DNA from: Candidatus Saccharimonas aalborgensis
Lineage (GTDB): Bacteria > Patescibacteriota > Saccharimonadia > Saccharimonadales > Saccharimonadaceae
Assembly: GCF_000392435.1 (NCBI RefSeq)
Contig: NC_021219.1
Span: 780,001-812,000, forward strand
Reading direction: 5' to 3'
DNA length: 32,000 bases
Shown here: one piece after another, positions 17,945 through 25,823 of the stretch
Layout: every line of letters starts with the position of its first letter
How positions within the stretch are numbered: position 1 is the first letter of the stretch
Made by a program: the position numbers and the translations under genes
The notes under the pieces: generated by a model
The model's database searches: none
Told to the model about the DNA's origin: nothing
What the model saw: only the letters and a program-made list of their open reading frames with translations

Positions 17945-17976
17945 TTGACTTTATTGAAATAATATGATAATATAAT
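17945..17976 (+). promoter_or_regulatory. Putative promoter
   Basis: TTGACT (17945-17950), 17 nt, TAATAT (17968-17973); overlapping TATAAT at 17971-17976. Confidence 0.5.
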
Positions 17977-17982
17977 TATGTT

Positions 17983-18135
17983 ATGAAACAACATCAACAC
18001 ACTTCCTTAACAAAACAAGTAATTGCGACAAGCGACCCTCTATACGGAGATTTTAGGACGGCGACGCTCATCGTGTCTCTCCTGGTCAACCTCACCTTGT
18101 TTGTGGGTTGGTTGGCAATCCGTCTTCAGAGCTAG
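17983..18135 (+). CDS. Small (50 aa) predicted single-pass membrane protein; absent from the ORF track
   Basis: MKQHQHTSLTKQVIATSDPLYGDFRTATLIVSLLVNLTLFVGWLAIRLQS, then TAG. The C-terminal half forms one hydrophobic helix, and a promoter lies just upstream. Confidence 0.55.
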   Translation: MKQHQHTSLTKQVIATSDPLYGDFRTATLIVSLLVNLTLFVGWLAIRLQS

Positions 18136-18218
18136 TATGCTTATTTGATGCAAAAAGGGAACGTCAAAATCACTACACGTTCGACATTCGTATCGAGATG
18201 TTCTCCTCTGATATTTTA

Positions 18219-18246
18219 TTGACTTATCCACAAAACTGTGGATAAA
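18219..18246 (+). promoter_or_regulatory. Inverted pair of perfect DnaA-box sequences inside a possible promoter
   Basis: TTATCCACA(18224-18232)-AAAC-TGTGGATAA(18237-18245). TTGACT at 18219-18224 and GATAAA at 18241-18246 are 16 nt apart. Confidence 0.55.
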
Positions 18247-18282
18247 CATAACCATCAACTGACAAAATGTCAAAAAATATAC

Positions 18283-18312
18283 TTGCTTGTGGGTAGGAGT
18301 GGGTTGTATGAT
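18283..18312 (+). promoter_or_regulatory. mraZ promoter with MraZ-type operator repeats
   Basis: TTGCTT(18283-18288)-N18-TATGAT(18307-18312), with TGGGT(18290-18294)-AGGAG-TGGGT(18300-18304) between them. Confidence 0.65.
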
Positions 18313-18425
18313 GAGTCTAGTGGAAAAGCGGGGTAACACCCGGACACATAAACACCACAACAAAAACACACATTAATATCTGCCGTTTTAATCGCTTCGA
18401 GAGGGGCTAACTACGAAGAAACGCT

Positions 18426-18791
18426 ATGGATTATTTCGAACGCAAGCTTGATGACAAGCGTCGGTTGACAATTCCGACGGAGCTTCGTGCGGAATTTGCC
18501 AGCGGTGTCGTGCTTACTCGCGGATTTGGCGACTACCTTCATCTCTACCCACAACTTGTGTGGGACAGGGAAGTTGAACCAGCCTTGGCTGGCGACAACA
18601 TCTTTGATGAAGAGCTCGCTGACCTGAACGTGCGGTTTCGACGCGGTAAAATCAGCCAAGCACTCGACCAAAAACAGGGGCGCGTGGTAATCGAGCAGCA
18701 TTTACTCGACTACGCAAGCATCTCTCGCGACTTGGTAGCAGTGCGTGTCGGGTCGTACTGGCGACTGGGATCACCCGACAAATTGATGTAG
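18426..18791 (+). CDS. mraZ: Transcriptional regulator MraZ
   Basis: 'DDKRRLTIPTELRAEF', 'VVLTRGFGDYLHLYP', 'RFRRGK..ALDQKQGRVVIEQHLLDYASI'; position at the head of the dcw genes. Confidence 0.9.
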   Translation: MDYFERKLDDKRRLTIPTELRAEFASGVVLTRGFGDYLHLYPQLVWDREVEPALAGDNIFDEELADLNVRFRRGKISQALDQKQGRVVIEQHLLDYASISRDLVAVRVGSYWRLGSPDKLM

Positions 18792-19115
18792 TTTATCATC
18801 TGATAGTGTACCGTTCCTTAACAAATAAAATCTGTAAAACGATATCCTCGAGATCGACCTATCTGGTAGTGAGTCAGTGGATGGTTGGCCCACATGAAAA
18901 ATTGCCAAACGTACCTTCCTCTAACACAACACCTCCCAAAAACTCCACCTCACACATAAGTCTCTCACTGCGCATAAATAGGGTATGAGTCCCACTGGGA
19001 TCCCCTCGGCTTGCGCTGACTCACTTATACACAAAAACAAACACACCATGCGAAAACAAACATGGCTCATTATCAGTTAGGTGATCTCGAACGGTTCTAC
19101 GCTGCCACCCTGTGG

Positions 19116-19121
19116 TATAGT
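19116..19121 (+). promoter_or_regulatory. -10 box immediately upstream of rsmH
   Basis: TATAGT with 8 nt to the ATG at 19130. Confidence 0.45.
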
Positions 19122-19129
19122 AGGGTCGT

Positions 19130-20020
19130 ATGAGTATCAAAGAACATCCACCACTTCATGTTCCAGTATTGCTCAACGATGTCTTGGCGCAACTGCAGCC
19201 CCAATCAGGCGAGAATTATCTCGATCTGACGGCGGGGTACGGCGGTCACGCACGGGCCATCCTTGAACGTACTGCAAACTATGCAGACTCTTGTCTTGTT
19301 GATAGAGACGAATATGCTCACGGGCATCTCGGCGATATAGCGAGCAAAGGAGCGACGCTCATGCGTGACGATTTCGTGTCAGCTGCCAAACAGCTGGTGC
19401 GCAACGGTCAGCAGTTTAGTTTGATTCTACTTGATCTGGGGGTGTCGTCACCACAGCTCGATAATGCCGAGCGAGGATTTTCTTTTACAAAGAGCGGTCC
19501 ACTCGATATGAGGATGGATCGACGAAATGATATGACCGCACGAGATTTGGTCAATACATTGCGTCGAGATGACATCGTCAAACTCTTGATGGAGTACGGT
19601 GAAGAGCCGAAAAGAGTTGCACAGCGATACGCTACGGCGATCGTGAACGCTCGACCGCTAAATACAACAGAAGAGCTCGCAGAAGCGATCAAGCACGCTC
19701 ATGTCGGTAAGTGGCAAAAAACCCACCCAGCGACACGCACCTTTCAGGCCTTTCGCATTGCGATTAACGACGAGATCCGCCAGGTGAGTGAAGTGATGCC
19801 GCTAGTCCCAAAACTCCTCAAAAAGGGAGGTAGGGTAGCAATCATCAGCTTTCACAGCCTGGAGGACCGAGTCGTGAAACGGTATTTGCAGGAACAAGAG
19901 CGCGCTGGCTACGAAGCCCAGCTGCACCTCGTTACAAAAAAAGCCATCGCAGGCGATACCAACGATGTTCACAACCCGCGATCACGTAGCGCAAAGCTGC
20001 GCGTCGCAGTGAAACCATAA
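19130..20020 (+). CDS. rsmH: 16S rRNA m4C1402 methyltransferase
   Basis: 'HVPVLLNDVLAQL', 'YLDLTAGYGGHARAIL', 'LILLDLGVSSPQLDNAERGFSFTKSGPLDMRMD', 'ISFHSLEDRVVKRYL'. Confidence 0.96.
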   Translation: MSIKEHPPLHVPVLLNDVLAQLQPQSGENYLDLTAGYGGHARAILERTANYADSCLVDRDEYAHGHLGDIASKGATLMRDDFVSAAKQLVRNGQQFSLILLDLGVSSPQLDNAERGFSFTKSGPLDMRMDRRNDMTARDLVNTLRRDDIVKLLMEYGEEPKRVAQRYATAIVNARPLNTTEELAEAIKHAHVGKWQKTHPATRTFQAFRIAINDEIRQVSEVMPLVPKLLKKGGRVAIISFHSLEDRVVKRYLQEQERAGYEAQLHLVTKKAIAGDTNDVHNPRSRSAKLRVAVKP

Positions 20021-20048
20021 AAACAAACAGAAAGGGGGGAACCAGGCT

Positions 20049-20114
20049 ATGCCAGTTCACATCCCGGTACAATATCAGGATCAAGAAGCTCAGGTTGACG
20101 TTCGCGTCAAATAA
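20049..20114 (+). CDS. Possible 21-aa micro-ORF between rsmH and ftsL
   Basis: 'agaaagggggga accaggct ATG' then MPVHIPVQYQDQEAQVDVRVK and TAA. Confidence 0.25.
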   Translation: MPVHIPVQYQDQEAQVDVRVK

Positions 20115-20155
20115 AACCCTATTTGGATACGAGCTCATTATCCACCACTTATGAA

Positions 20156-20198
20156 GGGTCTGCCCGAACACTTATGCGAGTGAACGGGCAGCTACCCC
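20156..20198 (+). other. Stem-loop with symmetric internal loop upstream of ftsL
   Basis: GGGT-CTGCCCG-aa-CACT-tatgcg-AGTG-aa-CGGGCAG-ct-ACCCC. Confidence 0.6.
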
Positions 20199-20246
20199 TC
20201 AGGTAGACAAACAAAACAAATATAATCCCAAAAATTATTCACCACC

Positions 20247-20597
20247 ATGTCATATACACGCACCGTACAATTTAATAGCAGGCGCCAAAGTAACTGGGGA
20301 CGCAACCAAAATACTGTTGCTTTTGCCTCTGCTGTAAAACTTGGTCCTGTCACTCACACTGTTTTGATTGCTCTGATGATCACAGTGCTTGGCCTAATCT
20401 ATCTAACGCAAGCGACTCGAGCGTCAGGCTACGATTATGCCGTCAGCGCTGTTGAAGATAAGATAGCGACGCTCGCTGACCAAAAGAAAGACCTTGAAGT
20501 TGACAATGCACGACTCACAGCCCTCAAAGAAGTGCAAAATAGTAGCGTTGCAAAAGCGATGACTACTCCAACTGATATACAACATGTAAGTCAGTAG
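20247..20597 (+). CDS. ftsL: FtsL-like divisome protein (single TM plus coiled coil)
   Basis: One TM segment 'VLIALMITVLGLIYLTQATRA' followed by a coiled coil; located between rsmH and ftsI. Confidence 0.7.
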   Translation: MSYTRTVQFNSRRQSNWGRNQNTVAFASAVKLGPVTHTVLIALMITVLGLIYLTQATRASGYDYAVSAVEDKIATLADQKKDLEVDNARLTALKEVQNSSVAKAMTTPTDIQHVSQ

Positions 20598-20600
20598 CCT

Positions 20601-22349
20601 ATGCCATTTTCTTTCCCTATCACAAAAAGTCGAACCTCGATCCTGTCTGCCATCGTACTTGGGTTGATGGCACTTTTTGTGATACGACTCTTTTATATTC
20701 AGGTCATCAGACACGACTATTATGTCGAACAGGCAGCGGGTGAACAAATAAAGCAATTTACGTTGCATGCCAAACGAGGTGAGATATATACGCTTGATAA
20801 CGGTTCGCCAACGAAACTCGTTATGAATGAGACGGTGTATACAGTGTGGGCTGACCCGACAAAAGTGGAGGATCGTGCAAAAGTTGTTGATTCACTCAAC
20901 CGCATTGCTGGCGGTACTGTCCGAAAAGATTTTGCTCAATACCTTGCTCGTACCACAACACGTTATCAGGTTTTGGCGACGAAAGTGACACGAAAACAGG
21001 CAGAACTTTTGAAAAAAGAGAATCTTGCCGGGATCGGCTTTGATGCCGTCTCGCAGCGAGTTTACCCTGAGGGCCAGTTGGCAAGTCAAGTCGTGGGATA
21101 TGTTGATGCCGATGGTGATGGCAAGTACGGAATAGAACAAGCAAATGACACGACACTCAAAGGAAAAAACGGCTTACTCAAGACCGTGACAGATGTACGC
21201 TCTGTGCCGCTGACCATTGGCGATGCAAATGTCAATGTGCCGGCAAAAGATGGTGATAATCTCGTGTTGACAATCGATAGAAATGTCCAAGCCGAGACGG
21301 AAAAAGCCCTGGCTGATGGTCTCAAACGAACAGGTGCCACCAATGCGAGTGCAATCGTGATGGATCCTCGCAGTGGGCGAGTGCTTGCAATGGCAAGTTT
21401 ACCGACCTATGACCCTTCTCAGCTTGATACGGTAACAGACATCTCGACACTCAACAACAATACTATCAGCAACCCCTATGAGCCGGGTTCTGACATAAAA
21501 ATTTTTACGGTTGCAACCGGTATCGACAAGGCAGTTATTACCCCCGAATCGACCTATAACAACACTGATTATATTACTGTTGACGACAGTGTCATCACCA
21601 ATGCGAGTAAGGGTCAAACAGGGACCATCACCATGCAACACGCGCTGAACTGGTCGCTTAATACTGGAACAGTAACAATCGCTCAACGTCTTGGTGATGG
21701 AAACAATATCAACTATCAAGCACGCAGGGCAATGTATGATTATTTTTATGGACGCTTCAGGATGGGGCAGACTACTGGTATCGAGTTAGCTAACGAACAG
21801 GCGGGAACGATCATCCCACCAGACGACGCACAGGGTAATGCTGTAAGATACTCAAATATGTCATTTGGGCAGGGAATGGATGTCACGATGCTACAGGTTG
21901 CTAGCGGGTTCTGTGCCGTGATCAATGGAGGCACCTACTACACACCGTCGATCATCGCCGGCAAAGTTGACGCCAATGGTTCGTATATCCCGGCAGCTCC
22001 AAAGTCCCGCTACGGCGGTGTCATCACTCCTGCATCGTCTGATACGATGAGGGATATGGTATATAAGGCGCGACAAGCGTTTTATGCCGGTCATGACAAA
22101 CAGGGATTTTATATTGGTGGCAAAACCGGTACTTCTCAGACAATCGAGAATGGAAAGTACGTATTCAATCAGACAATTGGCACCTATCTCGGCTTTGGTG
22201 GAGAGAAGGGTGAAGTTCCCAGGTACGTAATCATGGTAGAGGTATCAGGAAAAGGCATGAACTTGTCTGGTGGCACGCATGCACTACCAATTTTTACCGA
22301 TATTTCAAACTGGATGATTGACTACTTGAAGCTACAGCCGAAAGGATAG
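20601..22349 (+). CDS. ftsI: Penicillin-binding protein 2/FtsI
   Basis: SxxK in 'YEPGSDIKIFT', SxN in 'NWSLNTGT', KTG in 'GGKTGTSQ'; N-terminal TM. Confidence 0.93.
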   Translation: MPFSFPITKSRTSILSAIVLGLMALFVIRLFYIQVIRHDYYVEQAAGEQIKQFTLHAKRGEIYTLDNGSPTKLVMNETVYTVWADPTKVEDRAKVVDSLNRIAGGTVRKDFAQYLARTTTRYQVLATKVTRKQAELLKKENLAGIGFDAVSQRVYPEGQLASQVVGYVDADGDGKYGIEQANDTTLKGKNGLLKTVTDVRSVPLTIGDANVNVPAKDGDNLVLTIDRNVQAETEKALADGLKRTGATNASAIVMDPRSGRVLAMASLPTYDPSQLDTVTDISTLNNNTISNPYEPGSDIKIFTVATGIDKAVITPESTYNNTDYITVDDSVITNASKGQTGTITMQHALNWSLNTGTVTIAQRLGDGNNINYQARRAMYDYFYGRFRMGQTTGIELANEQAGTIIPPDDAQGNAVRYSNMSFGQGMDVTMLQVASGFCAVINGGTYYTPSIIAGKVDANGSYIPAAPKSRYGGVITPASSDTMRDMVYKARQAFYAGHDKQGFYIGGKTGTSQTIENGKYVFNQTIGTYLGFGGEKGEVPRYVIMVEVSGKGMNLSGGTHALPIFTDISNWMIDYLKLQPKG

Positions 22350-22360
22350 ATAATAGAGAG

Positions 22361-23389
22361 ATGACCGCACCACTATTTACCCACGAAATGAACGACACGC
22401 TCATGCTGAGTATTGGAGCATTTCTGCTCGCTATGACGCTGACGCCGATCTATACCTATTTTGCTTACCGCTATAAGTTCTGGAAACAGCAGCGCACGAC
22501 CAGTGCGACGGGTGAATTGCTCCAAGTCTTTACGAAGCTCCACGCAAAGAAGTTTACACGCATCATACCGACAATGGCGGGTATCGTTGGCGTGGTAACA
22601 ATCACCGTTATCACGTATTTTTTCAATTTTAATCGTGCCGAAACCTGGCTACCACTTGCTGCGCTTGTCGGCGGTGGGGCAGTGGGGCTGCTGGACGATA
22701 TTATCAATATTCGCGGTCAGGGCAGCGGTGTGGCCGGATTGCGTTCGAGCATTAAGTTTGCGATGATCACGCTCGTCGCAGTCGTCTTGGGTTGGTATTT
22801 TTATAGTCGGCTCGGCTATACGACAGTACATATACCATATATTGGAGATTGGTTCCTGGGTATATGGATTGTGCCGTTGTTTGTATTTGCGGTAGTGGCG
22901 GCCGGAAATGCGGTTAATATCAGTGACGGGCTCGATGGCCTGGCCGGGGGGTTGCTGACGACGAGCTTTACGGTGTTTGGTATGATCGCACTGTTGCAAG
23001 GGCACTACCACATCGCCGGCTTTTGTTTTACGGTAACGGGCGCGCTTCTAAGCTACCTATGGTTTAATATTTATCCGGCGCGGTTTTTTATGGGAGATGT
23101 CGGGAGTTTTGCCTATGGTGCCTCGCTCGGGGTTATCGCCATGTTGACAAACACGCTCTTTTTGCTGCCAATCATCGGTGCAGTATTTGTGATCGAGGCT
23201 GGCTCAAGCTTGGTGCAAATTGTTAGCAAGCGATTGTTCGGACGGAAACTATTTATTTCTGCACCGATCCATCATCACCTGGAAGCGATTGGTTGGCCCG
23301 AAGTGAAAGTAACGATGCGATTTTGGGTAATCAGCTGCACGATGGGACTCATCGGGTTGCTTATGGCGATGACGGGGGGACATATCTAG
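22361..23389 (+). CDS. mraY: Phospho-N-acetylmuramoyl-pentapeptide-transferase
   Basis: Multiple TM segments, 'GLLDDIINI', 'NAVNISDGLDGLAGG', 'FMGDVGSFAYG', 'APIHHHLEAIGWPEVKVTMRFW'. Confidence 0.95.
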   Translation: MTAPLFTHEMNDTLMLSIGAFLLAMTLTPIYTYFAYRYKFWKQQRTTSATGELLQVFTKLHAKKFTRIIPTMAGIVGVVTITVITYFFNFNRAETWLPLAALVGGGAVGLLDDIINIRGQGSGVAGLRSSIKFAMITLVAVVLGWYFYSRLGYTTVHIPYIGDWFLGIWIVPLFVFAVVAAGNAVNISDGLDGLAGGLLTTSFTVFGMIALLQGHYHIAGFCFTVTGALLSYLWFNIYPARFFMGDVGSFAYGASLGVIAMLTNTLFLLPIIGAVFVIEAGSSLVQIVSKRLFGRKLFISAPIHHHLEAIGWPEVKVTMRFWVISCTMGLIGLLMAMTGGHI

Positions 23390-23390
23390 G

Positions 23391-24713
23391 GTGGAACAGC
23401 TAAGACGGCGCGTCGTATCTGATGGTACGAGACTACGAGACTCTATAGCGCAGCGGCGTCATCGCCCTGATTATCAGATCGTTCTCTATGTAGGGCTCTT
23501 AATGTTATTGGGACTGGTAATTATGTATGCGATAGGACCGCAACGCGCAAATGTACTTAATCAAGCATATGGCACCGACACCTACACCGCGACTTACTTC
23601 GTTGTAAAACAAGCAGTAAGCTTGTTGCTTGCAGGAGTCGCATTTACCGTTATGGCATCACTGCCATTTGGGCTCGTAAAAAAACACGCTTCAACGTTAT
23701 TGCTTATCGGACTAGGACTCTGTGTAATCCTATTTGTCACTGGCAATCTACTACATATTAGCAGCATTGCTCAGTGTTCACTTGGTGCCTGTCGATGGTT
23801 TGAGTTTGGGTCGCTCGGCAGTTTTCAACCGGCTGAGTTTCTGAAGTTTGGTCTCCTCATGTATATGGCGGTTTTTTTGGGTATTCGCATCAATCAAGGT
23901 AAGTTGAATGATTTGACTTCGACTATTTACCCCATGCTGGCAGTAACACTGCTTGGACTATTTTTTGTCGTCATTGTGCAAAAAGATTTGGGGACAGGTG
24001 TAGCCTTGGCATCGATTGCTTTTTCGATTCTTCTCGTGAGTGGGATAAGCACCCGTATCATGCTAAAAATCGTTCTGGGAGCACTTGCTGTCGGTATTTT
24101 GGCAATCGTCATCGCACCGCATCGAATTGAACGTGTGACCACGTTTTTGCAAGGTGAGAGTGCAGTTACGGGCAGTTCATCAAATGATGACGCAAACTAT
24201 CACATAAAAAACGCCATGATTGCGCTTGGCACCGGCGGTATATTTGGACTGGGCATAGGAAACAGCGTGCAGGCGACGGGCTATCTGCCTGAGGCGATCA
24301 ACGACTCAGTGTTTGCCATTTTGGGCGAAATATTCGGGTTTGTTGGCGTTGTGGCGATATTGCTAGCATTCGGCGCTTTACTAATACGGCTACTTCATAT
24401 TATTGATCACTCCTCAGATATTACGATGAAACTCGCTGTTGCTGGTATATGGGGATGGCTGGCGTCGCATATTGTATTGAATGTTGCCTCGATGGTAGGG
24501 ATTTTCCCACTGACCGGTATCACGCTGCCTCTTCTCAGCTTTGGTGGTACAAGTATGTTATTTATCGCAGGGGCGCTAGGAATGGCATTTCAGATTTCGC
24601 GTTACACGCTTCACCAACTTAGCCCAGTAAAGGAGACCAATGGCAATGAGACTACTTTGCGCCGGCGGGGGATCGGGGGGTCACGTTACTCCGGTCGTCG
24701 TCGTTATCAATGA
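23391..24713 (+). CDS. ftsW: FtsW/RodA/SpoVE family glycosyltransferase
   Basis: Multi-TM SEDS protein with 'RWFEFGSLGSFQPAEFLKFGLLMY', 'KDLGTG', 'PLTGITLPLLSFGGTSMLF'. Confidence 0.93.
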   Translation: MEQLRRRVVSDGTRLRDSIAQRRHRPDYQIVLYVGLLMLLGLVIMYAIGPQRANVLNQAYGTDTYTATYFVVKQAVSLLLAGVAFTVMASLPFGLVKKHASTLLLIGLGLCVILFVTGNLLHISSIAQCSLGACRWFEFGSLGSFQPAEFLKFGLLMYMAVFLGIRINQGKLNDLTSTIYPMLAVTLLGLFFVVIVQKDLGTGVALASIAFSILLVSGISTRIMLKIVLGALAVGILAIVIAPHRIERVTTFLQGESAVTGSSSNDDANYHIKNAMIALGTGGIFGLGIGNSVQATGYLPEAINDSVFAILGEIFGFVGVVAILLAFGALLIRLLHIIDHSSDITMKLAVAGIWGWLASHIVLNVASMVGIFPLTGITLPLLSFGGTSMLFIAGALGMAFQISRYTLHQLSPVKETNGNETTLRRRGIGGSRYSGRRRYQ

Positions 24714-25800
24714 ACTTGCTCTGAAATATCCTGATGTTGAGGTGGTATTTGTCTGTGACAAGGCCTTTGCGGCGCAGTCGAGGGGGTTGATGAAGACTGC
24801 TCACGTACCCATCACGGTAAAAACGATTACGGCCGGCAAATTGAGACGGTATAAGCATCTATCGGTTATGCGACAGCTTTTGATGCCAAAGCTAGTTTTT
24901 GCAAATGTAGCAGATAGCGTAAAAGTCTTGATCGGCTTTTTCCAGAGTCTGGTGCTTATCTGGCGCTTTAAGCCAGATATCGTGTTTGCAAAAGGTGGCT
25001 TTGTTTGTTTACCGGTCGGAATGGCGGCGCGTCTATTCGGCGTTCCGATTGTCGTCCATGATTCTGATACACGACCCGGCTTGACCAACAGTGTGTTGGG
25101 CCGTTGGGCGTCAGCCATTGCTACCGGTTCGCCTACTGAAAACTATCGCTATCGACGCGAGATTACGCGCTATAGCGGGGTACCTATCGATAGGAGTTTT
25201 CGCCCCTATACACCACAGGAGCAACAGGCAGCAAAGCGTCATCTTGGTTTTGATGAGTCCTTACCGCTCGTAGTAGTAACGGGGGGTGGATTAGGCGCCA
25301 CTCGCATCAATACGGCTCTTTTACAAGACGCGGAATACCTGGTTCATGAAGGTATTTGCCTTTATCATGTAACCGGTAGGGCCCATTATGAAGAGGTGAA
25401 AACATTGGCGATCCAGGACCCTCATTATCAGGTTGTGCCATTTGTATTTGAGGGGATGGCAGACATACTTGGTGCCGCTGACGTGGTTGTTTCTCGAGCG
25501 AGTGCGACATTTATCCAGGAGCTTGCTGGCATGAGAAAATCAGCTATCTTGATTCCAGCAAAGACACTGGGTGATCAACGGAAGAATGCCGAAGTGTATC
25601 GTGAGGCGTCCGCGGCCGTTATCCTTAGCGACGACGATATCGAGGGTCAAGGAAAGCTTGCGGACGTCATCATGCAGCTTGTTCGCAATAAAGATTACGC
25701 GGATCGTCTTGCCGAAACTTTACACAGTTATGCAAAACCACATGCAGCGAGTGATGTTGCAGCGATGATAGCAGAGACGTATCGGCAACGACACCCCTAA
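24640..25800 (+). CDS. murG: UDP-GlcNAc:lipid I transferase
   Basis: 'GGGSGGHVTPVVVV', 'FAKGGFVCLPVGMAARLFGVPIVVHDSD', 'VVVSRASATFIQELAGMRKSAILIPA'. SD aaaggag at 24630. Confidence 0.95.
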   Translation: MAMRLLCAGGGSGGHVTPVVVVINELALKYPDVEVVFVCDKAFAAQSRGLMKTAHVPITVKTITAGKLRRYKHLSVMRQLLMPKLVFANVADSVKVLIGFFQSLVLIWRFKPDIVFAKGGFVCLPVGMAARLFGVPIVVHDSDTRPGLTNSVLGRWASAIATGSPTENYRYRREITRYSGVPIDRSFRPYTPQEQQAAKRHLGFDESLPLVVVTGGGLGATRINTALLQDAEYLVHEGICLYHVTGRAHYEEVKTLAIQDPHYQVVPFVFEGMADILGAADVVVSRASATFIQELAGMRKSAILIPAKTLGDQRKNAEVYREASAAVILSDDDIEGQGKLADVIMQLVRNKDYADRLAETLHSYAKPHAASDVAAMIAETYRQRHP

Positions 25801-25823
25801 AACTGCTATACTAATGGGGTAAG

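Noticed and set aside
17895-18049. 9-mer TATACGGAG repeated at 17895 and 18041
   Set aside because: Short, adjacent sequences do not match, and no inverted or target-site duplication logic fits the IS ends.
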